From Amoebidium appalachense (Eukaryota; Protista; Ichthyosporea), in contig CAVNZM010000015.1 in assembly GCA_963693365.1 (NCBI GenBank), positions 992,001 through 1,056,000 of the forward strand: a stretch of DNA of 64,000 bases, in the 5' to 3' direction. The notes below the pieces were generated by a model. That model saw nothing but the letters and a program-made list of their open reading frames with translations, did no database searches and was not told the DNA's origin. This document shows positions 1-31,074 of this stretch, one piece after another. Positions within the stretch are counted from its first letter, which is position 1; every line of letters begins with the position of its first letter. Position numbers and translations under genes: made by a program.

Positions 1-187
1 AGAGAGAGAGAGAGAGAGAGAGAGAGGGGAGGGGGGGGGGGATAGAGAGAGAGAGAGAGAGAGTGTGTGTGTGTGTGTGTGCGCGCGCGCGCGTGCGTGT
101 GGCTCACTGGGGGTCGGGGTCGAGGGTGGGGGGTTCAACGGGGGGGTGGGGGTAGGTGCGAGTGTTGGGGGAGGGGAAGGGGGGGCC

Positions 188-228
<41 letters not shown>

Positions 229-1527
229 GGGGGGGGGGGGGGGGGGGGAGGATAGTACATACGTATAGGACATATACATATGATGTCGCGACCCGCGTGC
301 ACTTTCTTTAACCGCATTTTCGGTAAACGTCGTACCAGTGCCGGTACCGTACCGGCCCCGGCGGCCTTGCATGCGCGCGCGCGAACACGTGACCAGCACG
401 AGCCACCAAAATTTTCCTCAAATAAAAGTTGACTCGAATTTACACATGGTTTAGGAGCACACCCATCAGGGGGAATTTGGAGACTATCAGAAGAAAACGA
501 AGACGTGGCTTCGAATGGGCAGGGGCTCCCAAAATACGGCATTGTGATTGGGTTCGTGCGCACCAACACATAGATCTTCGTATGGTTTGAAACTTTTATA
601 TGAGCAGCATGACTGGTGGCTGGCACTTTCTCGTGTGCTGATATATCGACCGCGGATAGTGGGCAAAGAAATAAAAATCTTGCGGACATAGAAAGCCAAT
701 TCATTGATATTAAGGTTGTTAAACCTAAATTGGCTCCCGTTGTGTCTTATTAGTACATACTCGTCAATTCAAATAGTACTTTCTAGTCCATGCATTAGAG
801 GATTGTTAACCCTGATTGAGCAGATCTTTCAAAACACTATCTGCGTACCTATTGGCTAAAAATCTCTCTTGATATCCAATAGAAAACGAGGACACTTTTG
901 ACAAGAGCGATTGGCTTTCATTGAGATCGACGCTATCGGTGATTGGGTCTCCAAGATTTTCCGGCGCCAATGAAATTGAGGCTTGCCCCCACTATCTACC
1001 TCCATTTTTGAGCCTCACAGAGACACGCACCATGCCAGTTTAGCGCTCAGTCTTTCTCTGATGGCTGGGCGCAAACTTATGACATAACTGACTTAGTTAG
1101 AAATCAAATAGCTACTTGGTAAAACAGTTACACATTTTTTGTTTCTAATAACAAGCACAGAGCAAAATATTGATACAAATCTAAGCAACTGCGGCTATAA
1201 CACCCTGCACGCGGTGGCCGCAAAAACATGGAGTAGTGAGGACAAACAGGGATACCAAGGGGTGCCTTTGATCCCGTGAAAACATACATAAGCACTCTTT
1301 ACTCAAACCATTTTCCCCCTAAGGTCTGGTTCATATTTCGACGCAAGCAATATACGCTACACGTACGCGTAAACAATAGACGTTCCTTCCCCACATTACA
1401 TCCTACAACAGCCCTGTGCTTTGCCCAAACCAGCGACACAGTACTTTCACGTGCACACGAATTTCAAACACCAACAAAAAAAAAAGCAGTTCACACACAC
1501 AAACACACACACACACACACACTTGAA

Positions 1528-1977
1528 ATGTCGGACGTGGTGGGTGCCATCTCAACCATCGACCACTTTCTCAACCCCCCTAGCACGTGCAGCACGCCTA
1601 CGAGTGCCCCTACGTGCCTGCCTTCCGCGTGCGCACGTGTGAATTCGCGCCCTGCAAGCACAGGCTCATCCGTGCTTGTAGATAGCCCCAGCTCAAGCAG
1701 TGCTGAAGATGAACTTTCCCCACTGAAAAGTCCAAGTATTTCTGGAAACCTTCGGCGTGGACGCTTCTTTCTTGTTCCGGCGAACACGGAAATGGCGGCG
1801 AATTTCCGGATTCAGGTAACAGATGTCTCCACGGGGGAGGAAGGGCAGAGGCGTCCGTGTTCGCGGAGGTATAGCGAGGGGGATCTGTACTATGCGTGGA
1901 AGAAACAGGGCATGGGTTATCCGCGGATTCCTCCTTCCCGCGGACCAAGGCAGGTGGTAGGCGCGCAGGCCACGTGA
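1528..1977 (+). CDS. Possible small Ser/Pro-rich protein (149 aa, MSDVVGAISTIDHFLNPP...), function unknown
   Basis: ATG-initiated, non-repetitive ORF in unique sequence, with CCAAT boxes upstream (~850-970). No recognisable domain. Confidence 0.3.
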   Translation: MSDVVGAISTIDHFLNPPSTCSTPTSAPTCLPSACARVNSRPASTGSSVLVDSPSSSSAEDELSPLKSPSISGNLRRGRFFLVPANTEMAANFRIQVTDVSTGEEGQRRPCSRRYSEGDLYYAWKKQGMGYPRIPPSRGPRQVVGAQAT

Positions 1978-2511
1978 TTTTGATGACATTTGATTGGTCG
2001 ATGCTTCGGCAAATACTCAGGCCGGATTGTATGTTTTTTAATAGTAAAAAGAGCAGTTTCCAATTAAAACAAAGAGAAAATAAGGAAAGAAGGAAACTTT
2101 TCGCCGAAATTTGTGGAGAGGGCGATGGAGCTGACAGCCGCAACATCAACCACCACTGTCCGACAAAATTGGGAAATGTGATTTAAATATTCTGTATGAT
2201 GATATATATCAATGGATGTAAATTTTCGTGTGTGCACATCAACTTGTCTTTTTGTCAACTTGGCACTTGTATAGTGGCTATTGTTCGAATCTAGAAACCA
2301 ACTTTTAGAGTTCACATGTTTGTATGGTGTTTTTTTTTTTGTGGGGGGGGGGGGAGGGGGGGAGGTTTTTTTGGATTGATGTGGAGGAGAATAGGGGGTG
2401 GGGGGTGAGGGGTGGGGAGGGTAAAAACAGCAAGAAAATTGAAAAAGAAGGTGTTTGTGTGTAGCAGCTACAGAAGGAAGTCTTAGACTTTCGTCCTTTT
2501 TTTTTTTTTTT

Positions 2512-2558
<47 letters not shown>

Positions 2559-3232
2559 GGCAAGAAAGAGGGCGGTGGAGGGGTTGTATATATGGGGAGT
2601 GCCAGACTCTGAAATTTCAACGGTTTTCTCCTTTCTTCATCTTCAGAAGGGGGGGAGGAGGGGGGGGGGAGGGGGGGGGAGGGGGGGGGGGGGCAAATTG
2701 TATATATTATGTGTGGCTTGTATCAAGATGACGCACATGTACAAAAGCGGATATTTGTAAATAGTACGTCCTATGCAAATGATGACTGCTCAATTATCCG
2801 GGCTCATATGAGAGAATGATTTTTATATCGAGTCCGTTTTTCAAAAATAGAATTTTAAATCATGTTAACGTTTCTTAAGTTTATTGTTGGTCAGGAATGG
2901 ACAGCCAGGAATATTAATTAATGGTATTAGCACTTATGACACCGGCAACCAATAAATGATGCACATTAAAATTTACGAGAATCCGCGGTCGTTTCAAAGA
3001 TAGCTTTAAAATTTCAGGTAATCCCCTCCCCCCCCCCCCCCCCCCCCCATACACACACATCACACACACACACACCCCCCCCCCCCCTCCCCCCCCCCCC
3101 CCCCCCCCCACTCCCCCTCCTCCCCCCTCTCTCTCACATTGTACGAGTCTATCTGTCTATGCTTTATCTCTCTTCTCCAAAGTCTCTGCACTCTCTCAGA
3201 GGCTCCAATTCTCTTGTGCTTATCAATCCCGC

Positions 3233-3282
<50 letters not shown>

Positions 3283-3738
3283 CCCTCGCTTAGTCTCTTT
3301 TTCTCTGCCTCTTTCAAGTTCATCTCTCTTTCACACAGACACAAACAGACCCCCCCCCCCCCTCCCCCTTTCCCGCTACTCATTCCCTTTCTCATTGTCT
3401 CTTTGTAATTGACATTTCTATCGTCTCCTCTATCCCCCCCCCCCTCCCCCCCCCCCCCCCCCCCCCCTTTTCCCCCTCCCCCGGTTTTCCACCCTCCCAC
3501 CGTCACCCACTCCCTAAAAAGGCGCGGCGCGGTGGGGGGGGGGGGAGGGGGGCCAGAAAGGGAAAGAGCAAATGTGTGTGTACGCGTGTGTGTCTCAGTG
3601 TCTGTGTCTGTGTTTGTGTGTGTGTGTGCGCGCGCGTGCGTGCGTGTGTGCATCTGTGTGTGTGTGCGTGTGTGTGTGTGTGCGTCTGTGCGTACGCGTT
3701 TGTGTGTGTGTGTGTGTGTGCCACGGTGTGTGTACGTG

Positions 3739-3795
<57 letters not shown>

Positions 3796-3894
3796 GTGTG
3801 TATGTGTGTGGTGTGTATGTGGGTGCGTGCTAGGACTCCCCCCTCTCCCTCCCTCCCCACCCCCCCCCCCCCTCTCTGTCTCCCTCTCTCTCTG

Positions 3895-3928
<34 letters not shown>

Positions 3929-3959
3929 CCCCCCTCCCTCCCTCCCTCCCCCCCCCCCC

Positions 3960-4017
<58 letters not shown>

Positions 4018-5088
4018 GCATGACCAACACCTCACAGACTCTGTGACAGACGTGCACCACACAGACTTGTAGATAAATTATGCATCAAATAATAATATCA
4101 TCACCACGTAATCAATGCAGATATATGGCACTGCATTGGCCCTCGCGACCATAATGTACATGCATGCATGAGAGGATGCCAGTGTGCTTACATACTCAAG
4201 GCTTGATTACAGCACACACAAATATTCGTATGTAACTATGCTGTGACAATATAACTGATGTTAGTAGCCTGATGGTTTCCACCATCTGTGTTAACGGCAC
4301 CTGTGTTAACCATTAAATAAGCAAAGAGGCACCACGTTGCACTCACATGTGCACACGGACCCCTCCAAGTCTAAAGATAGAGTTTATTTTAAATTTATTG
4401 GCTCTGGGTCATTCATTTCCCACAGGGACTATATTAGAGCCAATAGTTTTGGTTAGAAAATTTATGAGCCACCAAAGGAAATGTCGTTTTTCAAATATGA
4501 AGATGCAAATATCAAAACAAAAACACCCGTCTCTAGGCCATACACCACAACACAATGGCATGCATTGCAAAAAAAAAAAAAAAGAAAAAAAAAAAAAAAA
4601 AAAAAAAAAAAAGGAAAAGAAAAAAAAAAGGGAAAAAGGAAAAAAGAAAGTGGTAAATAACCACTGCCGTCAATTCTCTAGTTTTGAAGTGGCCATTCTA
4701 ATCTCACACACAACTCGCTTCTCTTCTTCATGCGTGGCTGCCTAGGCCCACATTCATTCACACCTCAAGAAAGCAGCCAATAGAACTTTGCTCAAGACTC
4801 AGGACTTGCTAATAGCGCCCCCCCCCCCCCCCCCCCCCCCCCCTGGACCCCCCCCCACACATCATTCTCCGCCCCTCTCTCTCTCCCCCCCCCACCCCCT
4901 CCCCCTCCCCCCCCCCCCCCCCACCACCACCACCACCAACCTCCTTCCCAAACCCCCTTTGCGCCGTAATTACAACTTGCTCACCTGCCTCCCACACCAT
5001 AACCAATGATGCTTTTCCACTAAAACCAATTAAAACTGTCGAAGCATTCCACATACCGAGATCTATTTATTAAAAAAAAAAACGAAAT

Positions 5089-14345
<9,257 letters not shown>

Positions 14346-14939
14346 CTTAGAATTGAAAAAGAAGTGATGATCCACTAGTAGATGAAGTTTAAGAACTTAA
14401 TAAAGAGGATTGGACGTTCAGGTAATAAACCAGGAACTATATTCTTGGTGATGTTTTGCTGGAGTTTATGGAGTTCTCCCTCTAATTCGCCCTACCCAGT
14501 TGGCATAAGGCGGAGAACAGCAGGGCACTAAAAACAACCAGAATGCCGATTATTAATATACGGTTTAACACTATTACATAGAGCTACATTATACTTATGA
14601 ATGTAATAAATGTGCATAAACACTAACACACATAATAACTAGCAAAAGGAGTTGCTGTTGAAGTTAATCCCTGGTAGAATGAGCATATCACCGGGTACCA
14701 GGTCCTGAGATTGCCTTGAATCATTTCGAAGCCTGCACAGGCCTGTCGGTTTGAAAAGACCCGTCCTTATTTCAAACCCTCTCTATGGTACCTATCTAGT
14801 TATATGAACCACAGACGTTGGCTGAGTGAGTGAATACAATATAATGGTGGCTGTGATAGAACGTGGTCTCATGGTCACATGTTTCGTATCTTGGTCTCAC
14901 GGTCACATGTCCTAAGATTTGGGCTAACGAAGGTTTTCC

Positions 14940-15070
14940 GGCTGCACAGCTGGCATGTGTACAAGTGTGACTTGACGATGATTGGTTCAAATCCGCGCCA
15001 ATCTACCTCTCAACCAATCATCCCTTGCCAAATCTAATAACGTAACAGATTGGCATTTCCAACCCCAATT
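14940..15070. promoter_or_regulatory. CCAAT-box cluster in the short divergent intergenic region (candidate bidirectional promoter)
   Basis: Several CCAAT/ATTGG boxes in both orientations between the 5' ends of the head-to-head DUS1 and carrier genes. Confidence 0.35.
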
Positions 15071-16451
15071 TATCGAAATGTGAAAGTCAAACACTTAATG
15101 CTAAAAACCCCTTTGAAAAAGAGAAAAAGGGGGGCTAAACGATAACAAGTTTAACATTTCAACAACCACGGATTTCCGAAAAGAAATTTCAAAAAAGCTA
15201 CGGCCTCGTTGTCCTACACACGCGCCCACAACGTCAGAGCTCACTTCGCTGTTGGTGTTTTTTTGGGTTCCCAGAAGAGCCACCGGCGTTTTTTTCCCCA
15301 CCCCAACTTTTGACTCTTTCGTAGGGGTGTGTATTTTTTATAAACAGCCTGTCCGTGTTTTTTGTTACTCTTTGTTGGGAAATATATTCTGCCGCATCAT
15401 TTTGGTTTTACACCTCCTGTTCTACCTGTTTTACAGCCCCACTCGTTATGTTACCTTATGTTCATATGATCTCATCTCAACCCTTGACCTCATGTTTTGA
15501 GTTGCGACTTTTCCAAAGGGACATCTGAACGTACCACGCTGTGAAATTCGCGTCTAGCAGCATTTTTTGCCAGCTGGCTTGATAGGGTTAAAAAAGGTAG
15601 GGATAGGTAGAGTTGCCTTGGAATCTTGGTCCTTGGCGAAAGTGGGCCACGAAGACCATTTTACTTAACGAATTTCAGAGGCACAATCCGGTTTATTTCT
15701 TGGGTTGATCCATTTTATTTACTTTCCCATTTTTTTTATCGGAGAAATAAACATGAAGGCAGCATGAGGCTTTGTGCTAAACGGAGGAATTTGCAGCTGA
15801 GAGCACAGGTGTGGCCACTACAACGACGAAAGAAATGAACCGAAGGCATGCTTCCCCCCCCCCCCCCCGACCCCCCCCTCTCCCCCCTCCCACCCCCCGA
15901 TTCCCCTTCCCCCCTCCCCTTCCCCTTCCCTCCCCCCCACCTCCGTTCCCCGCCCCCCTCTTCTTCCCGCTCACCCTCCTAACCCTCCTCCTCCCCCTTT
16001 CCCCCTTTCCTCTCCCGGCCTCCCCCCCCCCCCCCCCTCCCCCCTTCTCCCCCCCCCCTCCCCCACCCCCTCTTCTCTACCTTTCCCCCTTTCCAGTGAC
16101 CCAGCCACCCAACCACTGTTAAGCACATTCACGCAATTCTCCGAAAATCTGACGCCTCCCAATCATCTAGTCTCTGTTTTCTGCGCTCTTTGCTGCATCC
16201 ACTTGCGATAATTATGGAACAGCTTCTCCGATGTAATGGACTGATGACCCCCCTCCCCTCCCCCTCCCCCCTCCCCCCCCCCCCCCCCCAACACACACAC
16301 ACCCATCCCCACCCCCGTCACACCCCTCTTTTCTGAAATCTTAAGTAGAACAAAACTCGTCGTACACACCACCTGCACAAAATTCAGTCAAATTAAATCC
16401 CACAATACAAAGCCATTTTCTGCTGTTCCTTACGCTGCCTTCTTCATCCAG

Positions 16452-25364
<8,913 letters not shown>

Positions 25365-25632
25365 GATAGATTTACCTTTTCGTTTCTTCTGTTCTGTTTA
25401 TTTCAATTCAATAAATTAGAATTGATTTTTTCTATCGAGTATGGGTCGTAATACATTTTGAACGAACTGTAAGGCAATTGATTTTTTTTGCATAGATGCT
25501 TTGGTTTGCGTTGCCCGCCCTATGTTTGTTCAAACAGGTGCGGGTTTGGTTGGGTCTATGAATGATATGCACACACGTGCGTAAGCGTGCACTTTCAAAG
25601 ATGCGCGCCCAAACACATATGCACGCACACGT

Positions 25633-25731
<99 letters not shown>

Positions 25732-26074
25732 CCAAGTCAAACACGTAAGCACGCATTTTTACCTCCACACCGACACAATCAGTCATAAATTTAAACCACC
25801 ATGGCTTGTGCATTAACACGAAAACAAGTTTACACGCCTTGCAGAAAACAAATCAACATGCAATTTTCGAGAATTCAAATCTCTAGCACGGAATTATTTT
25901 GAACCAGTGTATGTATCGTATGTATTGGAATGAACGTGTGGGACGTATGGTCCTTTGAACCCCTTTTTTGTCCTACGTTTTTTTCCGCCCTTTGCTACTG
26001 CGTAGCATTTGATGTGTTCAGACGTCGGCTTCAAAATGGGAATTTTTTCATTGAGACATCGTGTGTTGGGTATT

Positions 26075-26135
<61 letters not shown>

Positions 26136-26384
26136 CCCCCCCCCCCTTCCCCTCTCCCCCCCTCCCACCCCCCCTCCCACCCTCTCTCTCTCTCTCTCCC
26201 CCCCCCCCCCCCCCCCCCCCTCCCCCTCCCCCCGGCCCTGCCCCGTGCGGGCGCATTCCCGTTCCCTCCTTTGCACTCATACATCGAAAATACCGACACC
26301 ACCGATTCTTTCCCCTTCCCCCAGCCCCTTCGCCCACACACACGTGCACTCACACCTACACACACGCACACATACACACGCGCA

Positions 26385-26494
<110 letters not shown>

Positions 26495-26648
26495 AAAAAA
26501 AAACACCCACTCGCGCTGTTCATGAACGTTTGTTGTGATCGCCTGCCACAGGCTGACACAGGACTCTTAGTCTCGGGTTGTTCATAAATAAAATAACTTT
26601 ATTCCTTTACTTGGGCTCGTATGAGCATGAATGATGGAAGGGGAGTCT

Positions 26649-26953
26649 TGTCGAACAGGATAGCCATCCGGTATGCCCTGCGTTAGCGTAGCACCAGTGA
26701 TCGGGAATATTCGAGATATTCGGGATAAACTGGTGGATAGGTTCACGATAGATCAGGATAGATCTAGAAGAGTCTAGAAGATTCTATTGGAGTGCTTTGA
26801 TTGGTAGCGACTAGATCCATAGCGGCGGGTAGACCAATCGGGAATAGTATGTAACATTCCAGTGGGCCAGACCACAAGTATATAAAGGTCCCGGCGGGCC
26901 AGTCAATGCAAGTCAGCAAATAATAAAGTCTCACAGAGAAACCTCTAAGTTAC
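26649..26953 (+). repeat. Copia 5' LTR
   Basis: Starts TGTCGAACAGG. TATATAAA at ~26879, AATAAA at ~26922. Direct repeat of 40699-41004. Confidence 0.95.
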
Positions 26954-27001
26954 GGTTACGGACCCAGTGCAACGCTACGATCAAGCGACTGTTGAGACAA
27001 G

Positions 27002-28247
27002 ATGGGAAGAGCAAAATGTCCAGTTCCCATGTATGAAGGAGAAGGCAAGGGCAAAATCTCCTACTCAATGTGGGCCATGCGCATGAAGTGCTTCCTCGAG
27101 GGCGAGGAATTATGGTACACGATTGAAGACGTGGCTCCTGAAGTGATAGGAGAGGACGGCGAACTGGTGGAGCAACCTCCGGTGGAGATCGACCCCTTGG
27201 ACCAGAAGAAGGCGACTTCCTACCTGGTGGAGACACTAGGTGATGTACCTGCAAGCCTGTGTCGGCGAGCTATTGCCGTAGGAAATCCCAAGGACATATG
27301 GGATACGGCAGCATCATACGCTGCGCGCAACACAGATGAGCACAAGAGAATGTTGATTCAACAGTTCTGGCGTGCTGATATGATGCCGACGGAAAGCGTG
27401 CTGGAGTATGCGGCCCGTCTGGAGTGCATTGTGCAGGATCTTCTTCATATCGACCCCAATGGAGTTAGTGAGGACATGGTTGCCGAGAAATTCCTGGACG
27501 GTGTAGGCGCTGACGACCGATTCCGCACCGACGTTAGGACCATTCAAGCTTTACCAGCAGCTGAGAAGACAATGGAAAAGATAATCGCCAAGCTGCGTGG
27601 TTTTGAGGAGAACGAGGCTGCAAGGGAACAGCAGCGGGTGATGATGACCAGCACCCAATGGCGCGGCGGTACGCCACGACAGGACACCGGCAAGCCGCGC
27701 GTGACTGACATATCCAAGGTGGAGTGTTACAAATGTCACAAGTTTGGGCACTACAAGTCACAGTGTCCAAAGAAGAAGAAGGGCGGCAATCGCGGCGACA
27801 AGGCGAAGCAGAACGGAGCTTCCAAGGAGATACTCGCCATGGCGGTAAACAGCGGACTCCCTTCTTCAATTGAGTGGTATTGGGACTGCGGCGCAACCTC
27901 CCATGTCACATGCCGAAAGGACTGGATGGAAGACTTCCGGTCGATCACACCCAAACCCGTCGCTCTGGGTAACACCCCGGGTGTGATGGCGCTAGGAATA
28001 GGCGTCGTAAGATTAACAAGTGAGTTCCAGGGCAACAGCATGACATTTAGACTGCAGAATGTGCTGTACGTGCCAGCATTTGGAACTAACGTGATGTCGG
28101 CTTCAAGCGCTGGCAAGCACGGGTTAAGAGGCATCACCGACGGTCGACAGTGTACGATTGAGAGTGCCACAGATGGCCAAGTTGTGGCCCGTGGGGTAGT
28201 GGAGGGAGGCCTGTATCGTCTCCTAGTGAAACCCGTATGTGAGAGCG
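27002..28247 (+). pseudogene. Copia gag-protease (N-terminal part of polyprotein, cut by the nested insertion)
   Basis: Zinc knuckle CYKCHKFGHYKSQC, protease WYWDCGATSHVT, LQNVLYVP. The frame resumes at 39035 once the insert and one TSD copy are removed (...VCES|VNMVTTAV...). Confidence 0.92.
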
Positions 28248-28727
28248 TGTAAACAGTTGGACTAGTTAGGATAAGGCAGAGTACAACTGAATCAAAATAA
28301 AGACAGAGAACGGGTAGAAAGGCACACGCGGCCAGGTTGCTTTTACTATGGGCCGACTCAGTCTGTCTCAGACTTCACTGATGTGATCCCCGTACTGGGA
28401 CGGCTTTGTTATATAGCCCCCAGGTTTCGGATCAAGGCCCAGGATTGGTTCATCCGCGGCCAGCGCGGGTGGCAACATGCCATTCGTGATTCTGGTGCGG
28501 TCCGAGCCAGTCAGACCTTCGTCCTATTTATGCAAACCTCTTATTGGTTCACTTCGTTTATGTGGTATGCAGCGGAAGAACCATATATGGTTCAATTCTT
28601 AGGTCAGAGTGAGTCCTATTGGTGCGGACATAATATTTATGTGATATTCATGACAAAGCACGAATCGTGTGCTAGTAGATCACATTCTTTAGTAAACATG
28701 TACAGTTCATGTGTACAGTTGTTTACA
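28248..28727 (-). repeat. Gypsy LTR-A, left copy (3' LTR in minus orientation)
   Basis: Abuts a minus-strand PPT (CTCCCCCCCTT, 28728-28738). The TATA context GGGGGCTATATAA reads on the minus strand. Confidence 0.92.
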
Positions 28728-30806
28728 CTCCCCCCCTTGTCGGGAGCCTGGTGGTGTCGTTAGACAAGCAAACCACCAGGCTGAGAGGCGATAAACAACC
28801 TTCAGCGAGAATTCTTGTGTGTGCCGAGCTGCTGGACAGAACAGAGCAAGGACGGTGGAATAGAGTTGTGCACGTCTATGAGCACTTCTTCATTTGCCAA
28901 AACGTAAATTCATGCAGCATTCTTCTGTGATTTCATTTTCGTGGCGAAGATTGTTGCAGAGTGTGCGTGCGAATAATTCGCTAAGCCTTCGTCTCTGTGC
29001 TTGGCTTTTCTGTAGAAGTAGTATTTTCCTTTTTGGGAATTTTTCCTTTTTAGGATACTCCCGCAGATTCGTTTTCAATTGCGAGTAATTTGGTTGTGTG
29101 GATGAATGATCATACCAAACATTCGATAATGAATATAACTCGAGCCTTAGGTCACTTCGTAGCTCAGGTAGTGGTGGATAGCTTCAAGGCTTAGCCACTG
29201 CTCCTTATCCCGGTTCTACCATAAGACTGTAAGGCGAGTCACCATGGCCGGAAAAGCCGCTTCTTTCATGAACAAATAGCACTTCTTTCCTTTCAGCTTT
29301 AACTCTGCATCATCGGAGCTGGGAAAAACATGAATAAAAATGCCCAAGTGTTCTTCGTTGGGCGACATAAAGAAATATATCACCCGTCAGAACCAGTAAA
29401 AGCCCGGTTCATAATTCATAAGAAGAGGGTAGGCAAAGCAAGCCTCCTTCAGAAAACACATGCTTCCATTCGTGAGCAGTTTTCGTATCCCATTTGCCAG
29501 CCATTTTCGTTGAGCAGGGGGATTCCAGGCATAATACATTCTTCTGGAGGCTTGGCCTAAAAAGAAAAGTCGTCGGAGTCGCCCTTTCTTTTGTAAGCAA
29601 CTTCGTGAGCGCGCTTCGTGTTTTCATATCCTCCAGTGCAGGTCTGGATGGTGCCCCATCCTCTGCTTCATTTGTAGGTGGCCCTACTGTAGGTTCTGTT
29701 CGTTGTGTGGAATACCAAAACCATTCGTATTCGTGGAACTGCTTTGTGCTGTGCTTGCTTTCGTGTTGGTGTTCATGAAGTTACCCCGTTCACACACCCT
29801 ACTTCTTACATACATTAGATGTAAGTAGCTGCCTGGTGAGTGTGTGGTTCGTGTTCGTGGCATTCTTCTGTTCCTTCGTGAGAAGAATATTCGTTTTAGC
29901 AGAGGTGCCCAATAAGGCAGCTTGTGGGGTTGTCTCCCGCATGTGCCCATTGGTGGGGTATGCACGTGCTAAATTGTTACAGTGTCATCATATTGCAAGG
30001 GAATAACATGGTCACCTCCGTACCAGGGCCTAGTAGGTACACATGATGGTCCGATGTGTTAGTCAACAACACCTTGCATTCGTATTCGTATTTGTCTTCC
30101 ACGTCACTTTCTTCAGTAGTGAAGGAGGGTATTCGTAATTCGAAACTGAAAGGCTTCCAGCCAAAATACTGACACTGTATGCTGGGGTTGTGAGGGAACG
30201 GTGCCCATACCACATTCTTTTGTTCTGGTGGGGGTGTGCCGGCAGCTAGTGCAAGGCTTGACAGTGTAATTGGTATGTTACACAGTATTGCCACAGACGG
30301 GCATTCACCTTAAAATTCGTACCCAACACCTTCTTTGTTTTTCACATGCATGAACAAAAGTTCTGCATCGACTTTATTACATGCCTTTTGTGCACCAAGA
30401 GTGCAAATTCGTTAGGGCGTGGCACCAGGAAGGGCCGCCATACATGAGGCATATGTTCGTAATGTGTTTAGGCATGCCAGCATACATTCATGCGCATGTT
30501 GTGCATCCTGTGCGCTAAACTATGGGGCATGCTGTATTCGAAAACAGCAAGAAATTCGAAGCATGCATGCAAAACTACTTTCACAGCACCTTATGTCCTC
30601 AATGCTATAGGAACAGCGACTATCTTCTTCTTTAAATGCATTCGTGCTGAAAGTGGCCGTGCATCTGGCTTGCGAGTGTGGAGGTGCATGCGGTGGCATG
30701 GACACGATGACAGTGTGCAATAGCGCAATGCACGCAAGGGCAACGGTTTTATTTTCTTCCTAACATAGAGGGGGCTGTGTGCATTGCAACCCAAGCAGTG
30801 TTGTGC
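28728..30806 (-). pseudogene. Decayed, internally deleted Gypsy pol (PR-to-RT remnants)
   Basis: Reverse complement aligns patchily to the plus-strand pol: YECKVLLTNTSDHHVYL at 30030-30090 matches ~33970-34020, and 29190-29360 matches RT ~35165-35330. Many stops and indels. No RNase H, integrase or chromodomain remnant was recognised. Confidence 0.85.
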
Positions 30807-31074
30807 AATGCTGTGCTTATACAGCTATGGCTAGCACCAGAGTCGACAACTACTGTGACTAGCTTCCCATGCACATACATTCGCGCAAGTGTGGCTGTGC
30901 ATTTATTTTCGTGGGTTAATGTGCACACAGTGGCATTTTCATGCCGTGGTTCTGCAATGGAGGAGTGCACACGGTCAGCAAAATGCACATTTTTCTTTTT
31001 GCGCGGGGGCGGGGTGTGCGTGTGCATGGGGGGGTCAGTACACGGGGGTAACTGTTCGTGGGGGGGTGGGGCAC

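Noticed and set aside
28383-28763. 126-aa ORF repeated at 38685-39074
   Set aside because: It lies within LTR-A, antisense to the LTR's promoter orientation, and has no recognisable domain. The duplication simply reflects LTR identity.
30889-31074. N-terminal extension of the 691-aa gag ORF
   Set aside because: It is the antisense reading of the inverted protease segment (the same text appears in ORF 32616-33308 minus), not native gag.
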